From: a virus
Reading direction: 5' to 3' (one strand)
Virus record (IMG/VR): IMGVR_UViG_3300025759_000081
Coordinates: 2,558 to 66,557 of that record
Length of the DNA stretch: 64,000 nt
The notes under the pieces are model-generated. The model saw only the letters and a program-made list of their open reading frames with translations, was not told the origin of the DNA and did no database searches. The position numbers were made by a program, and so were the translations under genes. Positions 1 to 8,551 of this stretch are shown here, piece by piece; within the stretch, counting starts at the first letter, position 1, and the number at the start of each line of letters is the position of its first letter.

Positions 1-2
1 CA

Positions 3-1184
3 AAAGACATCGGTTGTAAGTTTGAACCAAGAGATTACCAAAACGAATATATTGTTACAGCGTTGAAAAAGAAAAGATCTCTTTCACTCTCACCAACTTC
101 TTCTGGTAAGTCTCTTATCATTTATTTGATTCAACAACATTACTATCAATGCTTTGGGCATAGAGCATTAATTATTGTTCCGACGATTGGATTAGTTCAC
201 CAAATGGCAGGTGACTTTAAAGATTATGGTTGTGATCCGGATTTGATTTATACAATTCAGGGTGGTGTCGATAAAAATACGAAAGCCCCGATTGTAATTA
301 GCACTTGGCAATCTCTTGTTAAACAACCAAAGGATTGGTTTGACCAGTTTAGAGTTGTACTTGGTGACGAAGCACATCTATTTCAAGCTAAGTCTCTTAC
401 TACGATTATGGAAAAACTTACGCATTGTAACTATAGACATGGGTTTACCGGCACTCTAAAGTCAGACGAGTCTAAAACCCATCAGCTTGTACTTGAGGGT
501 TGTTTTGGTGAAGTCAATCGCTTCGTATCGACAAAAGATTTAATTGATCGTGGTACGATTGCAGACTTTAACGTAAAGGCTATTATATTAAGTCATGCAC
601 CCGAAGCAAGAAAACAATTTAAAGATGCACTGAAAGGCATTGACACAAAAAAGAAATGGCCGGCTGAGAGACAATTCATTACTAATCACGAGAAGAGAAA
701 TCTTTTTATTCGAAATCTTGTTTGGTCTCTTGAAGGACAAAATAATCTTATTCTTTTTGATCTCGTCGAAAAGCATGGTAAAGTATTAGAACCTTTGCTG
801 CGCAAAGACGGACGTGAACTTCACTTTATCTATGGTGGAACATCTGGCGAGGATCGTGAATACATAAGACAACTGGTTGAAAATGATCCTGAAAAAAAGC
901 ATGATATTCTTGCTTCTTATGGTGTCTTTTCTACTGGAGTCAATTTAAAAAAACTTGATAACGCTATCTTTGCGTCTAGTTCTAAATCTGAAGTAAAGGT
1001 TCTCCAATCAATTGGTAGAACTTTGCGTAAAGGAAATGATGCTGATAAAGCTACACTTTATGATATCACTGATGATCTTTCTATTAATTCGTATGAAAAT
1101 TACACTCTTAAACATTTTAGGAAAAGGATTGACATATATGGCAAGGAAGAATTTCCATACCGAATCTACACTGTGGAAATATAG
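3..1184 (+). CDS. uvsW: UvsW-like SF2 DNA helicase (5' end outside the window)
   Basis: Frame is open from base 3 (KDIGCKFEPRDYQ, Q-motif). Walker A-like SPTSSGKS, DEAH box, GFTGT motif III, and QSIGRTLR motif VI. Sits next to gp55. Confidence 0.92.
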   Translation, partial: KDIGCKFEPRDYQNEYIVTALKKKRSLSLSPTSSGKSLIIYLIQQHYYQCFGHRALIIVPTIGLVHQMAGDFKDYGCDPDLIYTIQGGVDKNTKAPIVISTWQSLVKQPKDWFDQFRVVLGDEAHLFQAKSLTTIMEKLTHCNYRHGFTGTLKSDESKTHQLVLEGCFGEVNRFVSTKDLIDRGTIADFNVKAIILSHAPEARKQFKDALKGIDTKKKWPAERQFITNHEKRNLFIRNLVWSLEGQNNLILFDLVEKHGKVLEPLLRKDGRELHFIYGGTSGEDREYIRQLVENDPEKKHDILASYGVFSTGVNLKKLDNAIFASSSKSEVKVLQSIGRTLRKGNDADKATLYDITDDLSINSYENYTLKHFRKRIDIYGKEEFPYRIYTVEI

Positions 1185-1247
1185 TATTACCTATAACTCC
1201 TTTATGGGAACATGAACATTACCTTTAACTTTTTGGTGGATAAGTAG

Positions 1248-1276
1248 ATTCTACCACAACGCTCAGAAGATGTCAA
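1248..1276 (-). promoter_or_regulatory. Sigma70-type promoter on the minus strand, pointing back into uvsW
   Basis: Minus strand reads TTGACA (1276-1271), 17 bp, then TAGAAT (1253-1248) preceded by TGG, matching the five + strand early promoters. Confidence 0.6.
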
Positions 1277-1345
1277 CTACTTTATGCATTAATGTATATC
1301 AATTACCATTATTACATACTTTTTTGCATATTAATAAAAAAAAGG

Positions 1346-1374
1346 TGTACAATTCTGCTCTATTATGGTAGAAT
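1346..1374 (+). promoter_or_regulatory. Early/middle promoter for gp55-47-46
   Basis: TGTACA (1346-1351), 17 bp, TAGAAT (1369-1374), with the TGG extended -10 and an A-tract upstream. Confidence 0.7.
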
Positions 1375-1401
1375 AGCATAGTAATTTTGAGAGGTATTCT
1401 T

Positions 1402-1893
1402 ATGGCTAAAAAACGCAACTACGTTAATAACAAAGATCTTTTGCAAGCATTAATCGACTACAGAAATGAGTGTCGAGAAGCAGAAGAAATTGGCGATACA
1501 AAACCAAGAATTCCAGACTACATAGGCAAGTGTATTTTTATGATGGCGAATCGTTTAGCTACACGTCCTAATTTTTCTGGTTACTCGTATAAGGAAGATA
1601 TGATTTCAGATGGGATTGAAAATTGTATTCAATACATCCACAACTTTAATCCAGATAAGTCAGAAAATCCTTTTGCTTATTTCACACAAATTATTTGGTA
1701 CGCTTTCTTACGCCGTATTCAAAAAGAAAAAAAGCAAATGTATATTAAGTTCAAAGCTTCACAAAATATGTTTACAGACTTAGACGTTATTGACTCAGAT
1801 GATCATGCTATGATAATGAATCAACAACCCGAATACATTAGCGAGTTTATTAGTGAGTTTGAAGAAAAAGTAATGAAAAAGAAGAAAGACTAG
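1402..1893 (+). CDS. 55: gp55 late-transcription sigma factor
   Basis: NYVNNK...L, YIGKC...MANRLATRPNFSGYSYKEDMISDGIENC..Y..NFNP.KSENPFAYFTQI...AFLRRIQKEK are the gp55 signatures. ATG at 1402 follows GAGG (the ORF track starts at TTG 1387). Confidence 0.95.
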   Translation: MAKKRNYVNNKDLLQALIDYRNECREAEEIGDTKPRIPDYIGKCIFMMANRLATRPNFSGYSYKEDMISDGIENCIQYIHNFNPDKSENPFAYFTQIIWYAFLRRIQKEKKQMYIKFKASQNMFTDLDVIDSDDHAMIMNQQPEYISEFISEFEEKVMKKKKD

Positions 1894-2958
1894 ATGAAAA
1901 TTGCAATCGTAACAGACATCCACATTGGTGGTCGTGGTGATAGTCAAATCTTTTCTAAGTTTCAAGAAAAGTTCTTTATGGAAGTTTTCTTTCCCTATGT
2001 TGATGAGCACGATATAAAAGTTGTATTCGATCTTGGTGATACGTTTGATCGTAGAAAATACATTAACTATTTGAGCCTTAAAAGAAGTAAAGAGTTTCTT
2101 TTTGATCAGTTAGCAAATCGAAACATAGACTTTCATGCTTTGGTTGGTAATCATTGTACATTTTATACGAACACCAATGAAGTCAACTCAATGCAGCTTT
2201 TGCTAGACGACTATCCTACATTTAAAATTTATGAAAGTAAAGCCGAAGAGGTTACGTTTGGATCTACTACTTTCCTTATGCTCCCTTGGCTCTGCCGCGA
2301 TAACGAACAAGAAAACTTTGAAATCATTGCCAAGAGTAAAGCAAATATAGTAATGGGTCATTTAGAAGTCAGAGGATTTGAAATGATGAAAGGCATGCCT
2401 TGTAATGATGGTATTGATATGAATGTGTTTAAAAATTTTGAGTCTGTTTATTCTGGTCACTTCCATCATCCCTCACGTCACCAGAACATTGAGTATCTCG
2501 GCGCTCCTTATGAAATGACATGGTCAGATTACCAAGGTAGTCGAGGCTTTCATGTGTTTGATACAGAGACTCGTGAAGTAACTAAAATTGAAAATCCATT
2601 TAGAATGTTTCATAAAATTGAGTACGATGATTCTAATATGACGATCGATGACGTAGCTCATCTCGATACATCTAGTTATAAAGATACATATATTAAAGTC
2701 ATTGTAAAAAATAGGTCTAACGCCTACATTTACGATATGTTTATGAATAGGTTAAATGACGAAGGAGTTGCTGACATCAAAGCAATTGATGATGCACTTA
2801 ACTTAGAATCTTCTGGTGTTGAAGAAATTTTAGACGAAACGAAAGACACTACAGAAATTCTACACAACTATATTGATTCATTGGAAACAACAGCAGATAT
2901 AAACGCCGTTAAGAAAACGGTTGATGAATTATATCAAGAGGCTTTAAGTATAGCATGA
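1894..2958 (+). CDS. 47: gp47 recombination endonuclease subunit (Mre11/SbcD-like)
   Basis: Metallophosphoesterase motifs TDIH, LGDTFD, VGNH, MGH and SGHFH; directly upstream of gp46. Confidence 0.95.
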   Translation: MKIAIVTDIHIGGRGDSQIFSKFQEKFFMEVFFPYVDEHDIKVVFDLGDTFDRRKYINYLSLKRSKEFLFDQLANRNIDFHALVGNHCTFYTNTNEVNSMQLLLDDYPTFKIYESKAEEVTFGSTTFLMLPWLCRDNEQENFEIIAKSKANIVMGHLEVRGFEMMKGMPCNDGIDMNVFKNFESVYSGHFHHPSRHQNIEYLGAPYEMTWSDYQGSRGFHVFDTETREVTKIENPFRMFHKIEYDDSNMTIDDVAHLDTSSYKDTYIKVIVKNRSNAYIYDMFMNRLNDEGVADIKAIDDALNLESSGVEEILDETKDTTEILHNYIDSLETTADINAVKKTVDELYQEALSIA

Positions 2959-4667
2959 GATTACATTTTAAAACCCTGCGTTATAAAAATATATTATCGA
3001 CTGGAAACGCTTTTACTACAATAGATCTCGACAAAAAGAATTCAACACTTATTAGTGGCTCTAATGGCGCTGGTAAATCAACATTCTTAGATGCAGTCGT
3101 ATTTGGTCTATATGGTAAACCTTTTCGTAAAATTAATAAACCACAGCTTCTCAACTCTATCAACAACAAAGGATTGTTAGTTGAGTTAGAGTTTAATGTA
3201 GGAGGATCTAACTACATTGTAAGAAGAGGCATCAAACCTACAATCTTTGAAATTATTAAAGATGGTGAGATTATAAATCAAGACGCTGCAAAGAAAGACT
3301 ACCAAGCTTATCTCGAGCAAAATATTCTCGGTATTAACTATAAATCTTTTAATCAAATTGTAGTTTTAGGTAGTGCAACCTATATTCCTTTTATGGAATT
3401 GCCAGCTCATACTCGACGGGATATCATCGAAGATCTTCTTGACATTCAAGTCTTTAGTACAATGAACCTTCTTGCTAAGGAAAGGCTCAGTGCAAATAAA
3501 GAAATGATTAATGATAACAAGTATCGTTCTGAAATTGTCGAGTCAAACATTCTTTTGACCGAAGAAAACAATGCTGAAATCACAAAGATTCGTCAGGTTG
3601 AAGTTGATAAGATTAAAGATAAAATGCAAGAGCATATCAATAATATTGAAGATAAGCAAGCGTTGATTGAATCGATTGAAGATATTATCAATTTAATGAT
3701 CTCGCAAATCGAAGATAAAAGGTCGAATAAAGAAAAATTAGAAAAGACTTTATCGGTTCAAAGAGAATTGATAGCAACTAAGAAAAGGCACGAAAAAGAG
3801 ATATTATTCTACCACGATAATGATAATTGTCCTACGTGCAAACAAGGTATAGATCACGAGTTTAAAGCAAGAACAACAATCGAAAAACAAAAAAAGACAG
3901 AAGAACTTACAGCAGGTATTAAAGAACTTGAAACCAAGATTCAAGAATATCAAACTAGAGCTGATAGGATCTCAGAAGTTGAAGATCAAATCAAAGCAAA
4001 GAATCTTGATATTAGTGAACAGCGAGGTGAGATTCGAATATCTAAGAATGCTCTTAATTCATATAAAAAGGATCTCGAGCAGGCAGAAGAAGAAGTAGAA
4101 AAGGTTGATAAGACAGGTCTAAAGAAACTAAAAAAAGAAATGTGCGAGCTTCAAGCAGAGCAGCAACAATTGTTTAATGATCAAACTACGTTGAATGTTG
4201 TTTCTACTATTCTTAAGGATGGGGGTATTAAAACTCGAATTATTCGTCAATATATTCCAGTAATGAATAAGCTTATAAACAAATACCTTTCAGCTTTTGA
4301 ACTTTTCGTTGACTTTCATCTTGACGAGAATTTCAATGAAGTTATCCGCTCGCGCTTTAGAGATACGTTTTCTTATGGTTCATTTTCAGAAGGCGAAAAA
4401 CTAAGGATATCACTTTCAATCATGCTTGCTTGGAGATCGGTCGCAAAACTTCGCAACTCAGTCTCAACAAATTTATTAGTACTCGACGAAACTCTTGACG
4501 GCGCACTCGATAGTGTTGGTATTGAGTCGCTCATTGAGACTCTACATAATCTCAATACTAATGATAACATATTCGTTATATCACACAGAGGTGATCAGTT
4601 TGCTGAAAAATTTGCAAATCATATTCGTTTTCACAAAGTTAAAAACTTTAGTGAGATTGCTGCATAG
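2955..4667 (+). CDS. 46: gp46 recombination endonuclease ATPase subunit (Rad50/SbcC-like)
   Basis: Walker A GSNGAGKS, zinc hook CPTC, signature FSEGE, Walker B LVLDE, ISH motif, and coiled coils. Confidence 0.96.
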   Translation: MRLHFKTLRYKNILSTGNAFTTIDLDKKNSTLISGSNGAGKSTFLDAVVFGLYGKPFRKINKPQLLNSINNKGLLVELEFNVGGSNYIVRRGIKPTIFEIIKDGEIINQDAAKKDYQAYLEQNILGINYKSFNQIVVLGSATYIPFMELPAHTRRDIIEDLLDIQVFSTMNLLAKERLSANKEMINDNKYRSEIVESNILLTEENNAEITKIRQVEVDKIKDKMQEHINNIEDKQALIESIEDIINLMISQIEDKRSNKEKLEKTLSVQRELIATKKRHEKEILFYHDNDNCPTCKQGIDHEFKARTTIEKQKKTEELTAGIKELETKIQEYQTRADRISEVEDQIKAKNLDISEQRGEIRISKNALNSYKKDLEQAEEEVEKVDKTGLKKLKKEMCELQAEQQQLFNDQTTLNVVSTILKDGGIKTRIIRQYIPVMNKLINKYLSAFELFVDFHLDENFNEVIRSRFRDTFSYGSFSEGEKLRISLSIMLAWRSVAKLRNSVSTNLLVLDETLDGALDSVGIESLIETLHNLNTNDNIFVISHRGDQFAEKFANHIRFHKVKNFSEIAA

Positions 4668-4718
4668 TGCACTTTTACGTACATATAAGTGTCAACAAAG
4701 TGCACTTTTACGTACATA
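4666..4718 (+). repeat. Perfect 20-bp direct repeat AGTGCACTTTTACGTACATA, two copies
   Basis: Identical copies at 4666-4685 and 4699-4718 (33-bp period), just upstream of the gp43 promoter. Confidence 0.9.
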
Positions 4719-4734
4719 AAAATGTATATAGTGG

Positions 4735-4763
4735 TTGACATTTACAATTGTTTGTGGTAGAAT
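4735..4763 (+). promoter_or_regulatory. Early promoter for gp43
   Basis: TTGACA (4735-4740), 17 bp, TAGAAT (4758-4763) with TGG. The gp43 ATG is at 4770. Confidence 0.85.
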
Positions 4764-4769
4764 AGCACC

Positions 4770-7322
4770 ATGATTAAGAAATTTTATACAAATGTTGAAC
4801 GTTGGGGTAATCAAATTCTCTGGCGTGGTTATGATGAAGAAGGTAGATTTCAGCGTAAAGTTACGTTTAAACCTACCATGTATACCACTGGTAATCCTAA
4901 GAAAGAGTCGAGCCTATACAGATCTCTGATTGGCAACAAGCAACTCTTTCCCATGCAGTTCGATACTATGCGCGAGGCAAAGAACTTTATCGAAGAGTAT
5001 AAAGATGTCGGTGGCATGGAAATCTATGGTAATACTAATTTTATTTCTCAGTTCATTCAGCGAGCTTATCCTGGAGAAATTGAGTTTGATCAGGACCGAA
5101 TCAACATTGTTTCTTTTGATATTGAGGTTGACATTAGCGATGGCTATCCTAACGTTGATGAAGCTGACAAGGAAATCACCTCAATCGCATATAAGTCTTC
5201 CCTCTCTGACAAGTATATCCTACTCGGTCGCAAAGACTATGATAAGTATCAGACGACAACAGACATCGACCCCGATGATATCGAGTTCGTAAAGTTTGAC
5301 ACTGAGCTTGAATTACTTCGCTACTTTGTTAAAGTTTGGCGTAAGAATTTTCCGGATATTGTTACTGGTTGGAACGTCGAGTACTTCGATATCTCATATA
5401 TCGTGACTCGAATCATTAGGCTCTGTGGAGAAGAGATGGCTCAACAGCTCTCTCCCTGGGGCTCCATTCGAAAAACTGTGCGTGAGTTTTTTGGTAAACC
5501 TCAAAGCACTTATGAAATTAAAGGTCTCAGTGTTATTGATTACATGGATGCTTTTAAAAAGTTTGGGTATAAGTATGGTCCTCAAGAATCATACAAACTC
5601 GATCACATTGCTCATGTAGTTCTCGGTGAGAAAAAACTAGACTACTCTGAGTATGGTAACTTGACTGCACTCTATGAGCAAAACCCTCAACTCTATCTCG
5701 ATTATAACCTTAAAGACACTCAACTTATCCAACGAATGGAAGACGAGACAGGCTTGCTTGCACTCGTAATGACCGTTGCTTATGGTGGTGGTGTAAACTA
5801 TAACGACGCCTTTGGTACGGTTGGGATTTGGGAAACTACAATCTATCGTAGACTTATTAAAGATAAGATTGTTCCTCCTCTCAAACGAGGTCCTGGTCAA
5901 AGAGGCGGAGATTTAGTCGGTGGTTATGTTAAAGATCCCCAGGTTGGTCTACATCCGTGGGTTGTGTCTTTTGATTTAAACTCTCTGTATCCTCACCTAA
6001 TGTTACAATATAACATGTCACCTGAAACTTACATTTCGGATGTTCGTGAGTATGTAACACAAGACATGGTGCTAAAAGGCGAGTATAGTAATCAAAATCC
6101 GAGCATGTCTGTTTGTGCCAATGGCGTATGCTTTACGAAAGAGAATGTTGGAATTATTCCTCAAATCATTGATGAGTATTACAACAATCGTTCTCTAATC
6201 AAAAAGAATATGTTAAAAGTCGAGCAACAACTTGAAAATGAAAAAGATCCTCGACAAAAAGCTCTATTGAAAAAGGAAGTGAATCAGCTACATAATTCTC
6301 AGATGGCTATCAAGATTTCCATGAACTCTCTTTATGGTGCTACTGCTAACATCTACTTTCTTTACTATATTAATGAAATGGCTGAAGCAATCACTACATC
6401 TGGTCAGCTCAGCATTCGATACGCACAAAAGTCTGTCAATGATTATCTCAATAAGATACTCAAGACGGATGGAAAAGACTACATCGTGTACATCGATACA
6501 GATTCGATCTATGTTAACTTTGGCCCTTTAGTCAAAGAAGTGTTTGGCACAACTGACATTGATCGAAGTCAAGGCGAAGAGTTTCTTGACAAAATTTGTT
6601 CCACAAAAATCGAAGAGGTAATTGAAAACGGCTATATTGATCTCGCTAAGAAAATGGGTGTTTATCGACAAGCAATGGTTATGAAAAGAGAAAAGATCAC
6701 TGATAGATCAATCTTTATTGCTAAGAAACGCTATATTATGAATACACTTAATAGCGAAGGTGTACATTATGAAAAGCCTAAAATTTCAGTTACTGGTCTT
6801 GAGTCCGTGAGATCTTCGACACCTCAAATTTGCCGTGATAAGATGAAAGAAATTTTCTCTGTCATTATGAATGAAGGTGAGACCGAGACTCAACACTTTA
6901 TTGCAAACTTCAAACGTTTGTTTAAAACTTTACCAGCAGAAGATATTGCTAAGACATCAGGTACTGATAACATTGATAAGTATCGTGATCGGAAAACTGG
7001 TGGATATAAGAAAGGTTGTCCTATGCATGTTCGAGGTTGTATTCTTTATAACAATCAACTCATACAAAAAAGAATCGACAAAAAGTTCGAAGCAATTCGC
7101 TCAGGTGACAAGATCAAGTTCTTATATCTCAAGGTTCCAAATCCTTTACGAGAAAATATGGTTTCATTCCCAGGCGTTCTTCCTAAAGAACTTGGCCTCG
7201 ATGCATACATAGACTATGACAAGCAATTTGACAAAGTGTTTCTTTCTCCTATTGAAGCAATTCTTGAAGCTCTTAGCTGGTCGTCTGAAAAAGTCAATAC
7301 GCTTGAAGATTTTTTTAGTTGA
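4770..7322 (+). CDS. 43: gp43 family B DNA polymerase
   Basis: Exonuclease motifs DIEV, GWNVEYFD and YNLKD. Polymerase motifs SFDLNSLYP, KISMNSLYG and YIDTDS. C-terminal clamp-binding TLEDFF. No intein-sized insertion. Confidence 0.97.
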   Translation: MIKKFYTNVERWGNQILWRGYDEEGRFQRKVTFKPTMYTTGNPKKESSLYRSLIGNKQLFPMQFDTMREAKNFIEEYKDVGGMEIYGNTNFISQFIQRAYPGEIEFDQDRINIVSFDIEVDISDGYPNVDEADKEITSIAYKSSLSDKYILLGRKDYDKYQTTTDIDPDDIEFVKFDTELELLRYFVKVWRKNFPDIVTGWNVEYFDISYIVTRIIRLCGEEMAQQLSPWGSIRKTVREFFGKPQSTYEIKGLSVIDYMDAFKKFGYKYGPQESYKLDHIAHVVLGEKKLDYSEYGNLTALYEQNPQLYLDYNLKDTQLIQRMEDETGLLALVMTVAYGGGVNYNDAFGTVGIWETTIYRRLIKDKIVPPLKRGPGQRGGDLVGGYVKDPQVGLHPWVVSFDLNSLYPHLMLQYNMSPETYISDVREYVTQDMVLKGEYSNQNPSMSVCANGVCFTKENVGIIPQIIDEYYNNRSLIKKNMLKVEQQLENEKDPRQKALLKKEVNQLHNSQMAIKISMNSLYGATANIYFLYYINEMAEAITTSGQLSIRYAQKSVNDYLNKILKTDGKDYIVYIDTDSIYVNFGPLVKEVFGTTDIDRSQGEEFLDKICSTKIEEVIENGYIDLAKKMGVYRQAMVMKREKITDRSIFIAKKRYIMNTLNSEGVHYEKPKISVTGLESVRSSTPQICRDKMKEIFSVIMNEGETETQHFIANFKRLFKTLPAEDIAKTSGTDNIDKYRDRKTGGYKKGCPMHVRGCILYNNQLIQKRIDKKFEAIRSGDKIKFLYLKVPNPLRENMVSFPGVLPKELGLDAYIDYDKQFDKVFLSPIEAILEALSWSSEKVNTLEDFFS

Positions 7323-7347
7323 CATTAAATAATAACTATGATAGAAT
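7319..7347 (+). promoter_or_regulatory. Early promoter
   Basis: TTGACA (7319-7324), 17 bp, TAGAAT (7342-7347) with TGn extension; overlaps the gp43 stop. Confidence 0.8.
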
Positions 7348-7359
7348 AGGAAGTGAAAA

Positions 7360-7575
7360 ATGACAATATCCTCATCGTTTGAAACAGTTGAAGAAAAAGT
7401 ATTGAACTGGGTATCAATTATGAAAGACCCGTATTATGATGGGTTTACTGGCTGGGGTCAGAAACAGAAACTGTACTTACTAAAAAAATTAGTGGACGGT
7501 ATTCTATCTGACCCCGACCTTCCTAGTTATACAGGTGAAAAAGAATGGTTAGAAGAAATGGAGATAACTCTATGA
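7360..7575 (+). CDS. Hypothetical protein
   Basis: 71-aa ORF right after a promoter, overlapping the next gene's start. No recognisable motif. Confidence 0.65.
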   Translation: MTISSSFETVEEKVLNWVSIMKDPYYDGFTGWGQKQKLYLLKKLVDGILSDPDLPSYTGEKEWLEEMEITL

Positions 7576-7970
7576 GCAAGGATTGGGTGCAAGACATTAA
7601 CGCAATGCACAAACACTATGGAATGACCGAAAAGTTCAGGGATTTCAATGGAGAACAAAAACGACAGTTTCTTGAGTTCAGAGCTAACTTCTTGCAAGAA
7701 GAGCTTGACGAACTTAAGGCTAATATGGGAAATCCCGAAGAAATAGTGGATGCACTCATTGATCTCTGTGTTGTTGCTATTGGTACACTCGACGCTTATG
7801 GCGTGGACGCTTATAAAGCTTGGGACGAAGTACTTTGGGCTAATATGTCAAAAGAAGTTGGGATTAAGGAAGGTAGACCAAATCCATTAGGTTTACCAGA
7901 TTTGGCAAAACCTGCTGGTTGGAAGGCGCCTAGCCACGTAGGTAATCACGGGGCGCTAAGGAGCTTATAA
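7572..7970 (+). CDS. All-alpha NTP pyrophosphohydrolase (MazG/DR2231-like; candidate dCTPase/dUTPase)
   Basis: FLQEELDEL...EEIVDALIDL acidic helix motif, WDEV..ANMSK, and KP.GW..P. The ATG at 7572 is in frame with the track ORF at 7545. Confidence 0.75.
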   Translation: MSKDWVQDINAMHKHYGMTEKFRDFNGEQKRQFLEFRANFLQEELDELKANMGNPEEIVDALIDLCVVAIGTLDAYGVDAYKAWDEVLWANMSKEVGIKEGRPNPLGLPDLAKPAGWKAPSHVGNHGALRSL

Positions 7971-7974
7971 TAAA

Positions 7975-8196
7975 ATGACTGTTTTTCGTAAATCAATGTT
8001 AGAGACTTCGCGGCAATATTACAAAGCTGCTATTTCAAAGCATCGATTAAATCTTGAAGTTATGATGCAAAACGGAGTTGGTGTTGCTGAGCACCCAGAT
8101 ATCATGGAAACAATTGATGCTGAATTGGGTAGAATGGCAGAATACCACGATAAATTAGAAATGTTAGAAAAATATTTTCCTTTAGGAGATGATTAG
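7975..8196 (+). CDS. Small hypothetical protein of a type seen in T4-like phages
   Basis: 73 aa, helical, GVGVAEHPDI motif; tight packing with its neighbours. Confidence 0.7.
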   Translation: MTVFRKSMLETSRQYYKAAISKHRLNLEVMMQNGVGVAEHPDIMETIDAELGRMAEYHDKLEMLEKYFPLGDD

Positions 8197-8398
8197 TATG
8201 AATTCAAAATATAACCTACTCACTAAGCTCGATGTAATTACTGACGTAATTAAAGAAATTGAAGACAACATTCCTTCTCAAGCCGGCGGTCATTATTACA
8301 CTGCTCTTAATGTATTGGCAGAAATTGAAGACAAGACTCGGGCAGAATTGCAGTCAAGTCTCGTAAAAACTCCGGAACAAAAATCTCTTTTTAATTAA
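8189..8398 (+). CDS. Hypothetical protein
   Basis: 69-aa ORF overlapping the upstream stop. Confidence 0.6.
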   Translation: MISMNSKYNLLTKLDVITDVIKEIEDNIPSQAGGHYYTALNVLAEIEDKTRAELQSSLVKTPEQKSLFN

Positions 8399-8460
8399 TA
8401 ACTTACGTACATAGATACATAAGTTATTGTTTTTATTTGGAAAAAAATACCAAATAATAG

Positions 8461-8489
8461 TGTACAATTGTGACATTTTATTGTAGAAT
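8461..8489 (+). promoter_or_regulatory. Early promoter heading the 8552-16637 operon
   Basis: TGTACA (8461-8466), 17 bp, TAGAAT (8484-8489). A short GTCAG/CTGAC hairpin (8497-8517) and SD AGGAG precede the ATG at 8552. Confidence 0.75.
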
Positions 8490-8551
8490 GGTTCTTGTCA
8501 GTGAATTGAAAGCTGACGCCGAAAAAACCACTTAATTAGGAGTAGAAACTA

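Noticed and set aside
63-65. TTG at 63 as the uvsW start
   Set aside because: The frame stays open to the window edge and includes the conserved Q-motif upstream, so the gene begins before the window.
4667-4695. Minus-strand TTGACA at 4695-4690 as an antisense promoter
   Set aside because: The hexamer 17 bp downstream is GTGCAC, not a -10 element.
4770-7322. Intein or intron in gp43 (also checked gp46 and gp44)
   Set aside because: Lengths are normal, motifs are contiguous, and no splice-junction or homing-endonuclease signatures were seen.
8399-8551. tRNA or other ncRNA in the larger intergenic gaps (also 1185-1401 and 17152-17280)
   Set aside because: No cloverleaf or T-loop motif. The gaps are explained by promoters, A/T tracts and short hairpins.
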